DNA of 64,000 bases from Acidobacteriota bacterium (GCA_965248695.1 CBDFKD010000002.1:2432001-2496000), one strand, 5' to 3'; numbered from the stretch's first letter, positions 47,213-57,661 are shown. The notes: generated by a model from the letters alone, not told the origin. Program-made: numbers and translations.

Positions 47213-49483
47213 TCAGGGGTTGGTCGGCGGCGCCACGGCGACGACATGGTGCCGGGTGCGCAGGAACAATGTGTTGCCCGAGATCGCCGGCGTTGCCATC
47301 AGGCTCTCGTCCATCTGATTGACCGCCAGTCTCTCGAAGCTCGGCCCCGACTTGACGACGACCACCTCGCCATCCTCGCTGGAGAAATAGAGCCTGCCAT
47401 CTGCAGCCACCGGCGAGGCGGAGTAGGTGCCTCCACGGGTGAGCCGCGCGCGGTACACTCGCTCGCCCGTCTCCGCATCATAGGCGCTCAGCACACCGCT
47501 GACGCGTGAGCACACGTAGAGCAAGCCGCGGTAGACGATCGGCGTCGAGATGCCGGATCCGCCGATGCGCTTGGCCCAGGCAACGTGCTCGCTCGACGCT
47601 TCATCGTCGGCGAGCGTGATATCGCCCACCGCGCCGGGACGGATTGCGTAGATTGGCTCGACGGTGCCGTAGGCGCTGCTCAAATAGATCAGGCCGCGAC
47701 CGGCGATCGGGGTCGGTATCGTGAAATCGCTATGGAAGCCCAGCCTCCAGAGTTCCTCACCTGTCTCCGGGTCGTGGCCCCGGGCGAACCGCACTCCCGC
47801 GGTAACGAGCTCCGTGTGTCGGCCGCCCTCGTAGACCACGGGGGTAGCCCAAGAAGGATACTCGTCGCGCTCGCTACGCCAGACCTCCTTTCCCGTGGCG
47901 ATGTCCAAGGCCAGCAGGTAGGCGAACTTGCTGACGTCCACCTGGAGGATCACCAGGTTCTTGTGGATGATCGGCGAAGAGGCGGTGTTCCACTCATAGC
48001 CCGGATCGAAGTAACGCCCGGATGCCAGCGTGCCGAGGTCCCTCGCCCATAGTAGGTTGCCCTCCAGGTCGTAACAGTAGATGCCCTCGGAGCCGAACCA
48101 GACAAGTAGATGGGTGCCGTCCGTAGCAGGGGTTTGATTGGCGTGCGACGCGGTTACATGGCGGGCCGTTCTCGGTAAGCCCTGTCGCGCTGCCCGCTCC
48201 CAGAGGATGTCGCCGCTGTGCTTGTCGAGGGCGTACACCCGCCACGAGTGCGGAGCGTCTTCCTTGACGTAGGCCAGGACGCCTGAGTTCGCTGCCTCGG
48301 AGAAATCACGGAAGGTTGACACGGTCTCATCGGCCGGAACTGCCGTGGTCACGAACACGCGATCCCCCCAGACGATGGGGCTGGAGTGTCCGAGGCCCGG
48401 TATCGGCGTCCTCCAGGCGATGTTGATCGACTCTCGCACGTCCCAGGCGGTCGGCGGCGAGGCTCCGTCGGCGATGCCGGAGCCGTTCGGTCCCCGAAAC
48501 GAAGCCCACTCCCCAAGACCGGCGATCGCCGGTTCGGTGGTGATCGTATCGGCGGCGCGCGCCTCGACATCGACGGCGCGGAAGTCAACGCGGGCTGGCC
48601 TTGGCCGGATGGACACATCAGCCATCCGACGGAAGCGCTCGGATCGGTCGCCCTCATATAGAACCAGCTCGGTCGGTGGAAGCGTCCGACCTCTCAGGGC
48701 CACGAAGACCTTTCGCTCGCGGGACCGAAACAACATCTGATCGACGGGCACAAGCGCGACCCGCTTGCCGCCGCGGCGCTCGAGCATCAACTCGCCCTCT
48801 TCGAGGCCGGGCTCGAGCGTCAGCGCCTCCTGCGCCTGGCTGCGATAGATCCCCGCAATCCGAGCGAGCCGTTCCGCGGAGCGCACTTGATCGAGCGGAC
48901 CCGGCTCCTTGGCCCCCGCCTCGATCAACAGCTCGACCAACTCCGCTCGCTCGGCCCGCCTCGCCGCCGCCAGCGCCATGTTCACGTAGGAGGGGTTGGA
49001 ACCACCCCGGCCGACGATCGTTCGTACGGCCTCGAGGTAGCCGGCGCGGATCAGATCGACGAGTGGCGTTCCATCCCTTCCGCCTCCCTTCTCCACCAGC
49101 AACCGGATGATCTCCGCCCTCGCCTCCGGCGCCCGAACGTCCGTGTTCGATATGGCAGCGAGCATCAGCGGCGTCTTGCCCCACGGAGATCTGCCGCGCG
49201 AGGGGGGGCTGGAGTCGGGATCCGCCCCGTGCTCCAGCAACAGCCTCACGAGCTCGAGGTTGCCCCAGTCGGCGGCGGTATAGAGAGGTGTTACGCCGAA
49301 GCCGTTGTCGGCGTTTACATCGGCTCCCTCGGCAAGGAGCTCGCTCACCGCAGCGAGATCGCCGTCTGCCGCTGCGGTCACCAGTTGCTTGTTGAGGTCG
49401 TCCTGGCGTTGAGGCGATTGAGTGCCGAGCAGGAGGATCGACAGCCCGCAGATGTACGTCAGTCGGTGAGCTCGTGCACCCAC
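47213..49483 (-). CDS. Ankyrin-repeat + PQQ-like beta-propeller protein (paralog of 38663-40930)
   Basis: GVTPLYTAADWGNLELVRLLLEHGAD; WASFRGPNG, GLGHSSPIVW; GTG start chosen to avoid overlap. Confidence 0.85.
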   Translation of the reverse strand: MGARAHRLTYICGLSILLLGTQSPQRQDDLNKQLVTAAADGDLAAVSELLAEGADVNADNGFGVTPLYTAADWGNLELVRLLLEHGADPDSSPPSRGRSPWGKTPLMLAAISNTDVRAPEARAEIIRLLVEKGGGRDGTPLVDLIRAGYLEAVRTIVGRGGSNPSYVNMALAAARRAERAELVELLIEAGAKEPGPLDQVRSAERLARIAGIYRSQAQEALTLEPGLEEGELMLERRGGKRVALVPVDQMLFRSRERKVFVALRGRTLPPTELVLYEGDRSERFRRMADVSIRPRPARVDFRAVDVEARAADTITTEPAIAGLGEWASFRGPNGSGIADGASPPTAWDVRESINIAWRTPIPGLGHSSPIVWGDRVFVTTAVPADETVSTFRDFSEAANSGVLAYVKEDAPHSWRVYALDKHSGDILWERAARQGLPRTARHVTASHANQTPATDGTHLLVWFGSEGIYCYDLEGNLLWARDLGTLASGRYFDPGYEWNTASSPIIHKNLVILQVDVSKFAYLLALDIATGKEVWRSERDEYPSWATPVVYEGGRHTELVTAGVRFARGHDPETGEELWRLGFHSDFTIPTPIAGRGLIYLSSAYGTVEPIYAIRPGAVGDITLADDEASSEHVAWAKRIGGSGISTPIVYRGLLYVCSRVSGVLSAYDAETGERVYRARLTRGGTYSASPVAADGRLYFSSEDGEVVVVKSGPSFERLAVNQMDESLMATPAISGNTLFLRTRHHVVAVAPPTNP

Positions 49484-49497
49484 GTCACTGGCGGCGC

Positions 49498-50307
49498 TCA
49501 GCGCATGTTCCAGATATCGATCACGTCTTGATACCCGAGCAGGGTCGCGTTGTCGCCGATGTACAACAGGGCATCTTCGGTGCGGGCGAGGTCCGCCGGT
49601 ACGATAGCGTCCTCGATGGCGACCGTGCTGTAACCGAGGCTGCGGGCGGTCATCATCGTCGGCACGACGCCGATCTCTGCCCCGATGCCGACGATGACGA
49701 TGGTCGTGAGCCGGTTCCAACGCAGCAGCTCATCGAGAGCGGTGGCGATGAAGGCGTCCGGCCGGTATTTCCTGAGCACCCAATCGTTGGCCTCCGGCTT
49801 GATCTCCTCCGGGTTCTCCCAACCCCAGGTGCCCTCGTGCATGGAGATGGTCGACGGCGGTTCATCTTCGTCGTAGCTCGAGGGAGGCCTCCCATAGGTA
49901 GAGCCATCGGGGTAGGAGGTCCATCGAACATAGGCGACCCGCACGTCGTTTGCCCTGGCTGCCGCCAGCAGCTCGACCATCGGAGCCATGATGCCGGAAA
50001 CGTCGACGCGGTCTCCCCGAGCGTCGAACGAACCCCCCTCGGAAACAAAGGCGTTGAGCACCTCGTGCACCAGGAGCACCGTATGCTCCGGATCGAGGAG
50101 CTCTCCGAGCTCGGCTTGCGTCGGCGCCTGCGCCCCCTCTCGTACCGGCGTCCCAAGGGCGGCCGTACCCTCGGTGCATCGAGCCGCCAGCGAGCACCTC
50201 GGCATCGTCGAGCCCGACGCCCGAGCTTCGCCGATAGGGGCTCCCGAGACGGCGACCAGCGCCGATACACCGAGGATCGCGCAGCAGAGCTGTTGGTTTT
50301 TTCTCAT
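49498..50307 (-). CDS. Isochorismatase-like (cysteine hydrolase fold) exported protein
   Basis: VLRKYRPDAFIATALDELLR...IVGIGAEIGVVPT; signal peptide. Confidence 0.8.
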   Translation of the reverse strand: MRKNQQLCCAILGVSALVAVSGAPIGEARASGSTMPRCSLAARCTEGTAALGTPVREGAQAPTQAELGELLDPEHTVLLVHEVLNAFVSEGGSFDARGDRVDVSGIMAPMVELLAAARANDVRVAYVRWTSYPDGSTYGRPPSSYDEDEPPSTISMHEGTWGWENPEEIKPEANDWVLRKYRPDAFIATALDELLRWNRLTTIVIVGIGAEIGVVPTMMTARSLGYSTVAIEDAIVPADLARTEDALLYIGDNATLLGYQDVIDIWNMR

Positions 50308-50393
50308 CGTTCACCCTTCCTGGATCCGGGCGGCACCCTTGTCGTGAGCGATGCGAGCACCTTGGCGATGAACTCGTTGGATTATATATATAA

Positions 50394-50448
50394 CTCTTTC
50401 ATGTACCAGTTGGTGAAATCGGAGGAGCCGCCCTCGTGGTGGAGTAGC
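50394..50448 (-). pseudogene. Rieske oxygenase C-terminal remnant (HEGGSSDFTNWYMKE)
   Basis: Aligns with ~5722-5777 with a 1-bp deletion. Confidence 0.75.
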
Positions 50449-50541
50449 CGCGGCGCGGCAGCGTTGTTGTGGGACCTGTGCGCATCTCAGGTCACCGATT
50501 AGTATGGGCACATTGGAGCCTTCTGCCCGATCGAACTCAGG

Positions 50542-51852
50542 ATGGTAGATATGTGGCAAAGAGATCGTCCAACCCTGATGATCGCATTCTTGGCGCCGAT
50601 AGCAATGCTCGTGATCGCAGCCCTCAGCACGGTCACTGCCAGTGTGCTCGCGAGCTCGGGCCGAGTCTCTGAAGACTGGGCTCAGTGGAGAGGGCCGAAC
50701 CGTGATGGAATCGCCAGCCAGTTCACTCCGCCCACCAGCTGGCCGGAGAGACTAAACCGCGCCTGGCAGGTCGAAGTTGGAACCGGCCATTCGAGTCCTG
50801 TCGTCGTCGAGGATCGCGTCTACCTGCATGCCCGCAACGAGGAGGCTGACGAAGAGACTGTCTTTGCGCTGCAGTTGGGCACTGGAGAAACGGTCTGGAC
50901 CCGCTCCCAATCTGTACCCTATCGGATGCATCCGGCCGCGCTGGCCTTTGGCAAGGGCCCCGTTTCGACGCCTGTTGTCTGGGAGGGCAAGCTCTACACA
51001 CTGGGCAAGGCGAGCGTACTTTCTTGTTATGCGATCGAATCGGGTGAGTTGCTCTGGAGCGACGACTTCAGCTCTCAGTTTGTCGCTACCGTACCGTTGT
51101 TCGGCGCCGGGATGTCACCGCAAATCGAGGATGGGATGCTGTTGGTCCATTTGGGGGGGCCACAAAACGGCGCCTTCATGGCGTTGGATCCTCAAGACGG
51201 CAGCGTCATCTGGAGATTCAGAGGCGACGGTCCTAGCTATGTCTCACCGATCGTTGTCACACTTCAGGGACAGCGCCAGGTCATCACGCAGACCGACGCA
51301 CACATCGTCGGGTTGGCGCTGGAAGATGGCAAGCTCTTGTGGCGCATCCCCTTCAAGACCGAGTTTGATCAGAATGTAGTCACACCTCTCATAGCGGGCG
51401 AGCAACTGTTGTTGTCAGGTCTGTATCATCCGCTGTTCGCCATCGAGCTCGTACGAGACGAAGAGAGTTGGACACCCCAGCAGATCTGGAGCAACCCAGC
51501 ACTCTCGCTCTACATGAGCTCACCGGTAATGGTCGGCGATCGTGTCTTCGGAATGACCCACCGGCGAAAAGGTCAGTTCTTTGCGGTGGACCCGGCCACT
51601 GGCGAAACTCTCTGGACGAGTATCGGTAGAGACGGACAGAACGCCTCCCTGGTGGTTGTCGGCGACCTGATCGCATTCCTGACGGAGGAGGCGCAGCTCT
51701 TTTTGATCGATCCGGACGCGGAGGAGTTCGCGCCGCTGCGCGACTACGAGGTTGCGGACAGCCCGACCTGGGCGCATCCGGTCTTCACGAACGCGGGGAT
51801 CCTGATCAAAGACTACTCCACGCTGGCGTTATGGCAGATTCCGGAAGCGTAA
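50542..51852 (+). CDS. PQQ-like beta-propeller (BamB-like) protein
   Basis: DWAQWRGPNRDG, GHSSPVV, TWAHPV. Confidence 0.88.
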   Translation: MVDMWQRDRPTLMIAFLAPIAMLVIAALSTVTASVLASSGRVSEDWAQWRGPNRDGIASQFTPPTSWPERLNRAWQVEVGTGHSSPVVVEDRVYLHARNEEADEETVFALQLGTGETVWTRSQSVPYRMHPAALAFGKGPVSTPVVWEGKLYTLGKASVLSCYAIESGELLWSDDFSSQFVATVPLFGAGMSPQIEDGMLLVHLGGPQNGAFMALDPQDGSVIWRFRGDGPSYVSPIVVTLQGQRQVITQTDAHIVGLALEDGKLLWRIPFKTEFDQNVVTPLIAGEQLLLSGLYHPLFAIELVRDEESWTPQQIWSNPALSLYMSSPVMVGDRVFGMTHRRKGQFFAVDPATGETLWTSIGRDGQNASLVVVGDLIAFLTEEAQLFLIDPDAEEFAPLRDYEVADSPTWAHPVFTNAGILIKDYSTLALWQIPEA

Positions 51853-51867
51853 TCCGCGACGGAGCCT

Positions 51868-52941
51868 TTATCGTTCAGCCCCCAAATCTCCAGCGCTGAC
51901 GCTGACAGCATAGATCTCGCCGTTTTCATCGCGCTCGCTCACAAACGCGAGCCGCGAGCTGTCCGGCGACCAGACTGGACTGTCATCGGCACTGTCGTTG
52001 CGGGTCAGATTGGTTTGCCCCCCGCCGTCCGAGCGCATCAGATAAACCTCGGCGTTGCCATCCCGCTCGCTGACAAACGCGATCATGCTCCCATCGGGTG
52101 ACCAGACCGGGTTGCGATCAACCGCCTTACTGTCGGTCAGATTGGTCACCTCACCGCTCTGAACGTCGATTACTGCGACATCGCTCTGGGCAAGGGCCGC
52201 GCTGGTGTCAAAGAGAATCTTGGTGCCATCCGGCGACCAAGAGGAGTGATCCTCTTCGCTCGGGCGATTGGTCAGATTGATCTGCTCTGCCCCGCCATCG
52301 TCCATTACATAGATTTCGCGGTTTCCATCACGTTCGCTGATAAAGGTGATCTGTAAGCCATCGGGTGACCAGGCTGGGTCGCGGTTGCCGAGGCCATTCT
52401 CCGTCAGGTTCAGGTACTTGCCGTACCACGCGACATAGTCGGTACCGTCGGAATCCATGATGAAGATGTCACCATTGCCAAGCCGTCCCGTGCTCCCTGC
52501 GAACGCAATCATCTCACCGCTCGGTGACCAGACCGGGGTCGCGTTGATGTACGTGCTTCTCGAGAGCACGTCGGCTTCGGTGCCGTCGGCGTTCATCACG
52601 TAGTTCCAGCCTGTTGTACTGCCATGCCGATCGGACTCGAAGCCGATCTTTGTGCTATCGGTGGACCAGATCGGAGCCCAGTCGTCGAATTCACTGTTTG
52701 AGACGTTGATCTGCCCGGTACCGTCCGCGTTCATCACGTAGATCTCGCGGTTCTTGATGCCTCCGTCTCGATTCGAGACGAACGCGATCTTGGTGCCGTC
52801 CGGCGACCAAACCGGGTCGGCATCATAGGCAGGGTTTCTTGTCAAATTTGTGAGCTCAGGAGGGGCAGAGAACGCCACCGAGATTCCAAGAGCGAAGAGG
52901 ATACCGAAGGCACCCACGAAACTACTATTTCGATCTGACAT
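51868..52941 (-). CDS. TolB-family PD40 repeat protein
   Basis: Repeated PVWSPDG-IAFVS-RDGN-EIYVM. Confidence 0.92.
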   Translation of the reverse strand: MSDRNSSFVGAFGILFALGISVAFSAPPELTNLTRNPAYDADPVWSPDGTKIAFVSNRDGGIKNREIYVMNADGTGQINVSNSEFDDWAPIWSTDSTKIGFESDRHGSTTGWNYVMNADGTEADVLSRSTYINATPVWSPSGEMIAFAGSTGRLGNGDIFIMDSDGTDYVAWYGKYLNLTENGLGNRDPAWSPDGLQITFISERDGNREIYVMDDGGAEQINLTNRPSEEDHSSWSPDGTKILFDTSAALAQSDVAVIDVQSGEVTNLTDSKAVDRNPVWSPDGSMIAFVSERDGNAEVYLMRSDGGGQTNLTRNDSADDSPVWSPDSSRLAFVSERDENGEIYAVSVSAGDLGAER

Positions 52942-52968
52942 GGGCGGACGCCTCCCTCGGTGAGGCTG

Positions 52969-53409
52969 CTACTGTCCTTCGACAGCGTGCAACTCGATCC
53001 ACAGCTCCGCAATCTTGCCGTTTTCGATGCGCACGATGTCGATTCCCTCGTAAGTTGCCTGCTCTCCAGACTCCCGGACCCCAGTCATGGTCCAGTGGAA
53101 TGCGACCAAGTTTCCCTCTGCCACAACATTGTCGTGTTCGAAATCCATGCTCGTCGGAAAGGCCCTGTGATCTACCAGGGCGATTTGTCTGGCCTTCTCA
53201 CGCCCTGTGACATCTGGGGACCCGTAATGAATAACGGGATTGGCCGTGAAGATCTCATCGATCAATGCCAGATTCTTCCCCTGAATGACCTCCATGTGGA
53301 AGCGATCTGCCAGAGCCTTGTTCTTTTCTAGCGCATCCGTGCTCTGCGCAAATGCCAAAGCACCGTGTGCGACAACAGCAACAACCACTATGCTGATTGC
53401 TCTTTTCAT
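52969..53409 (-). CDS. SnoaL-like ester cyclase family protein (paralog of 18638-19075)
   Basis: Shares NPVIHYGSPDVTGR and GIDIVRIENG. Confidence 0.85.
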   Translation of the reverse strand: MKRAISIVVVAVVAHGALAFAQSTDALEKNKALADRFHMEVIQGKNLALIDEIFTANPVIHYGSPDVTGREKARQIALVDHRAFPTSMDFEHDNVVAEGNLVAFHWTMTGVRESGEQATYEGIDIVRIENGKIAELWIELHAVEGQ

Positions 53410-53491
53410 CACCCTACCTCGTCTAACGTGTACCGAGATCGTTACAAGTCGTTTCTTCCTACCGTGCAAATAAGTCTCTTACGGCCTCGCG

Positions 53492-54829
53492 TTAGGAGAC
53501 GACAATCAGCTCCGGTGCCATCGTCGTGAGCGAGCGGCATCCGCCCTTCTCGTAGATGAAGGTATCGATCAGCCCCGTGGTGCCGGTCGCGAAACTCTCG
53601 TAGTTGCTCACCTGGCGCTCTTGCATGACCCAATCCGAGCGATCCTCCTCGCCCACGGTGAAGGTCCACCAGCCGCACCAATCCGGCGGAAAGCTGATCC
53701 CCAGCTCATAGCCACCGAGCCAGCCATCGATCTTGCCCTGCTGGGCCAGCTGCCAGGCGCCGGTCTCCTTGTAGAACTCCCGCAGGGTCCGCGTCAGCTC
53801 GTTGAGCGGCAGGCCGGGCTTGCCGGTAGCGTGCACAACGTCCATGGCCCGGCCGTTCATCGCGTACAGATCCACCAGCTCCTTGGGCGGCTCACCGACG
53901 AAAAAGGCCCGGCAGGTGTTGCAGTGGTAGCGATTCTTGACCCCGCAGACATCGACGACGACGTGATCGACCTCCTGGATCACGCGCTCCGATGCAATGC
54001 CGTGGATGAAATGGTTGCCCCCTGCCTTGACGGCGCACAGCAGGCCCGACATCCCACCGCCGGCACGGGTCATGGCGCGCACGATCTCGCCGTAGAGCTC
54101 TAGCTCCGTCATACCGGGCCGGACGGTGTCCTTGGCCGCCTGCAGGCCGATATCGGCGATGCGGCCCGCCTCCTCGACCACCTCGATCTCGGCCGGCGAC
54201 TTGTGCACCTTGACGTCGTTCATGACGTCGGAAGCGTCGATGAGCTCGCAACCCCGATCGCTGAACACCGCCTCGATCTGCTTCATATGGAGGGGCCGCG
54301 GACGATAGCTGTTGTACTGCAGCCCCACGGTGCCGTTGAGCCACCCGGCCGCCTCCAGCTCCATGACGTGCCCCTCGCAGGCGCGCTCCCCACCGGGTCG
54401 GGGAAGCCGGATATCGGTGGCGACGGAGGTCGCCGCCATGAGCTCGTCGTGGCTGTCGAAGTGGATGAGGTCGTCGTGGTCGACGTGCACGGCGGTGATC
54501 GAGCTCGGCGCCCAGCTCTTCGGGCAGTTCTGTTGATACCAGCTCAGCTCCAGACCGTGCAGGTAACACATGTCTTCGGGCATGGTGACGAACAACATGT
54601 CGATGTTGTCCTTCGCCATCCGATCCCGCACGCGACGCAACCGTTCCTGATACTCAGCCTTGGAGAACGGCGGTGGCGGATGGGCACCGGTCGTGTTTCC
54701 GGGCACCACCGAGCGGGGCGTGAAGCTGCCGCTCGGGGCCGCGTTCACCGTGCCAGAGGTGAGCATTCCCGCTGTTGTCGCTGCCGACGTTGCAAGAAAC
54801 GCGCGTCGATCGATCTCACGCTTAGCCAT
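53492..54829 (-). CDS. M24 family (creatinase/Xaa-Pro peptidase-like) hydrolase with Tat signal
   Basis: IDRRAFL; FSKAEYQERL; KSPAEIE; RPGMTELE; ATG after GGAGG. Confidence 0.88.
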   Translation of the reverse strand: MAKREIDRRAFLATSAATTAGMLTSGTVNAAPSGSFTPRSVVPGNTTGAHPPPPFSKAEYQERLRRVRDRMAKDNIDMLFVTMPEDMCYLHGLELSWYQQNCPKSWAPSSITAVHVDHDDLIHFDSHDELMAATSVATDIRLPRPGGERACEGHVMELEAAGWLNGTVGLQYNSYRPRPLHMKQIEAVFSDRGCELIDASDVMNDVKVHKSPAEIEVVEEAGRIADIGLQAAKDTVRPGMTELELYGEIVRAMTRAGGGMSGLLCAVKAGGNHFIHGIASERVIQEVDHVVVDVCGVKNRYHCNTCRAFFVGEPPKELVDLYAMNGRAMDVVHATGKPGLPLNELTRTLREFYKETGAWQLAQQGKIDGWLGGYELGISFPPDWCGWWTFTVGEEDRSDWVMQERQVSNYESFATGTTGLIDTFIYEKGGCRSLTTMAPELIVVS

Positions 54830-54855
54830 CTCGCCTCCGTGGGGTGGGGTGCATT

Positions 54856-54946
54856 GATCGTAGGGGCCTAGTGTGCTGCCGGCCCATGGCGTTACCCAAG
54901 CAGGGTTGAGCGCCCGAAGTCTATCGCCGGTGCGCGCGGGGATCCA
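54856..54946 (-). pseudogene. Kinase promoter (TGGATC-N17-TAGACT) plus frameshifted first codons (M-AGSTLGPYD)
   Basis: tcgtaggggcctagtgtgctgccggcccatggcg resembles 35896-35931. Confidence 0.7.
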
Positions 54947-55163
54947 ATGGAGAAGGACCACCGCGCTGCGCTTAGTCCGCAAGAAGGTCCTGCTAGACGG
55001 TTTCCTGTTTCAAGCCTTGGGCGCCCTTGCTCGTCGACGAGTTTCAACAGCCCGGCAAGTAACCCCACTTTAGCGGGCGTCAATGGTCAGGCGAGGCCTC
55101 GCAATCTAGAATGCAGAGCCTGATTGTGGTCTTTTTTCAAGTTTGCGCGGGAGGCATATATCC

Positions 55164-57242
55164 ATGCGACGCACGCTCCTCTGCCTCGGTCTGTCACTCG
55201 TCGGCACTGTTTCGGTCGCAGTCCAGGTGTTCGCTCAAGGGCGCCCGTTGGCTCTCGAGGACTACTACCGGGTGAAATCGGTCGGCGACCTACAGATCTC
55301 GCCGGACGCGGAGTGGGTCGCCTACACCGTCTCCGTCCGCATCGAGGAGACGAACGAGACCGAGACCGAGTCGTGGATCGTCCGGGCTGACGGATCCGGT
55401 GAGCCCGTGCGCGTTCAGCACACGGGTGCAGACGTGGCGGATCCGGAGTGGGCCGAGGACGGCCGCCTGCGCTTCACTCACCAGGAGGCTCGTTGGCTCG
55501 TCGATCCCGCTAGATCCACACAGCTCGCAGTCCGTGACCGAAGCTTCACGCCCGAGGGTGACGTGAGCCCGGACGGCCGCTGGGTGGCCCGCACACAAGA
55601 CATGGAGCTACCGAAGCCCCCAGAGCCGGAGATGACGGAGTTCGAACGGCGGCACCAGGCGAGGTTCGTGGGCGAGGACTTCGACTGGTATCCGTTCAGG
55701 CGCGACGGGCGGGCGTTCCCGCTACCCGCACCAGACGAGGCGCCGCTGACGGAGATCTTCATCGATCCCCTCGAGGGGGGCGCCCCGGCGCGACAGCTCA
55801 CGCGTCTCGGGCTGCGGCCCGGCAACCTCAGTTGGAACCCCGACGGGAGGAGCTTGCTGTTCACCGCCGATGAATCCGTGCTCGACGAGCTGGCGTATGG
55901 CAGGTCGGATCTCTTCCTGGTCACGATCGAGGGACAGCTCACACGAGTCACCGACGACGGCTACGTGCACTCGGGGGTGAGCTCTTCGCCGGATGGACGC
56001 TGGATCACGTACGTCCGCACCTTCGGCACGGACATGATCACGCAGCAAGACCTTCGACACGGTGGGCCCCGCGATCTCTACATTCGGCCTGCCGGTGGTG
56101 GCGAACCCGTGAACCTGACGGAGGACTGGGATCTCGACGCCGGCTCGCCGATGTGGTCTCCGGACAGCCGCTACATGTACTTCACCACCGGTATCGGGGG
56201 TGCGCGCCACCTTTTCCGTGTGTCTCCTGAGGGCGGTGAAGTAGAACAGCTGACGACGGGCCAACGTCGCATCGGAGATCTCGACATCGATCCGGCGTTC
56301 CAACGCATGACCTACACCGTAGGAGAGTTCGAACGGCCTTCCGAGGTCTACGTCGCGGACATCGACGGGCGCAACGAGCGCCGGCTCACCGACGTGCACG
56401 CCGAGTTTCTCGCCGAGGTCGAGCTCGCGAGTCGCCCGTCGGAGAGGATCCTCTACGAGAGCTTCGACGGGACACCGGTCGAGGGATTCCTGCTCTATCC
56501 ACACGACTACGACCCGCAGGGATCGTACCCGCTCATCGTCGTGAACCACGGGGGGCCGCACTCCGCCTCGGGGTACGGATTCAACTTCAAGAACCTGTAC
56601 TTCACGGCGAACGGCTACTTCGTGTTCCTTGCCAACTTCCGCAGCTCGACGGGCTACGGGGACGACTTCAAGTGGGGTACGTGGGCAGGATGGGGGACGA
56701 ACGACGGCGAGGATGTGCTCGCCGGCGTGGACCATCTGATCGAGCGGTATCCCGTGGATCGGGCCCGAGTGGGCTCGACGGGTCATTCGTACGGTGGGAT
56801 CCTGACCAATTGGCTCATCACCCGGTACCCGGACCGCTTCAGGGCAGCAGTTTCCGGTGCCGGCGCCTCCAACTGGACGAGCAACTACGCTTTGTCCGAC
56901 GTCGCGCGCACGAAGGAGCTCGAGTTCCTCGGGCCCCCGTGGGACCCCGAGGCGCGTGATGTCATGATCCGGCAGTCTGCCTACCTCAACTCGGGAGGTG
57001 TGCAGGCGGCGACGCTCTTCGTGCACGGGTCAGTGGACTATCGCGTGCCGCTCGAAGGTGCCATCCAGCTCTACACGTCGCTCAAGAAGCAGCGTGTACC
57101 CACGAGGCTCGTCATCTACGAAGGGATGGCGCACGGAATCCGTGGCCACTGGAACAACGTGCACCGCATGATGACCGAGCTGGGGTGGTGGGAGAAGTAC
57201 CTAAAGCCGACGACAACCGCGCAGTTGATCGGTCGCAAGTAG
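55164..57242 (+). CDS. S9 family peptidase (acylaminoacyl/dipeptidyl peptidase)
   Basis: HGGP, GHSYGG nucleophile, HGSVDYRVP, EGMAHG; propeller repeats. Confidence 0.93.
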   Translation: MRRTLLCLGLSLVGTVSVAVQVFAQGRPLALEDYYRVKSVGDLQISPDAEWVAYTVSVRIEETNETETESWIVRADGSGEPVRVQHTGADVADPEWAEDGRLRFTHQEARWLVDPARSTQLAVRDRSFTPEGDVSPDGRWVARTQDMELPKPPEPEMTEFERRHQARFVGEDFDWYPFRRDGRAFPLPAPDEAPLTEIFIDPLEGGAPARQLTRLGLRPGNLSWNPDGRSLLFTADESVLDELAYGRSDLFLVTIEGQLTRVTDDGYVHSGVSSSPDGRWITYVRTFGTDMITQQDLRHGGPRDLYIRPAGGGEPVNLTEDWDLDAGSPMWSPDSRYMYFTTGIGGARHLFRVSPEGGEVEQLTTGQRRIGDLDIDPAFQRMTYTVGEFERPSEVYVADIDGRNERRLTDVHAEFLAEVELASRPSERILYESFDGTPVEGFLLYPHDYDPQGSYPLIVVNHGGPHSASGYGFNFKNLYFTANGYFVFLANFRSSTGYGDDFKWGTWAGWGTNDGEDVLAGVDHLIERYPVDRARVGSTGHSYGGILTNWLITRYPDRFRAAVSGAGASNWTSNYALSDVARTKELEFLGPPWDPEARDVMIRQSAYLNSGGVQAATLFVHGSVDYRVPLEGAIQLYTSLKKQRVPTRLVIYEGMAHGIRGHWNNVHRMMTELGWWEKYLKPTTTAQLIGRK

Positions 57243-57322
57243 GTCGGAGGGGCCGCTCTTGTGGCAGGAGTACCGACCTGCGGTACGAAGCGGTGTTGCA
57301 CTCTCACTGCGAGGAATGCCAC

Positions 57323-57661
57323 ATGGCGACATTCGATGATTTCATGAGGATCGACATCCGCGTCGGAACGATCGTTGCTGTTGATCCGTTTCCTCGTGCT
57401 CGCAATCCCTCCTACAAGGTCACCGTGGATTTCGGCGATTCAGACATCGGTTCTAAACGCTCTGTTGCACAGGCGACGAATTACACAGAGGAAGAACTGC
57501 TCAACCTCCAAGTGCTCTGCGTTGTCAATTTCGAGCCGAAGAACATCGCCGGGTTCATGTCGGAGGTTTTGGTCCTGGGTGCTCCGTCAAGCGAGAATCC
57601 CGAGGTGGTGTCGCTGTTGACGACGAGCCGGCGCGCCGGACTCGGCGGCAGAGTCTACTGA
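57323..57661 (+). CDS. csaA: CsaA/Trbp111 tRNA-binding protein
   Basis: FDDFMRIDIRVGTI...VVNFEPKNIAGFMSEVLVLG. Confidence 0.88.
   Translation: MATFDDFMRIDIRVGTIVAVDPFPRARNPSYKVTVDFGDSDIGSKRSVAQATNYTEEELLNLQVLCVVNFEPKNIAGFMSEVLVLGAPSSENPEVVSLLTTSRRAGLGGRVY

Noticed and set aside
49484-49720. N-terminal extension of the ankyrin-propeller ORF
   Set aside because: Overlaps the isochorismatase-like gene on the same strand in another frame; the paralog's length supports the shorter start
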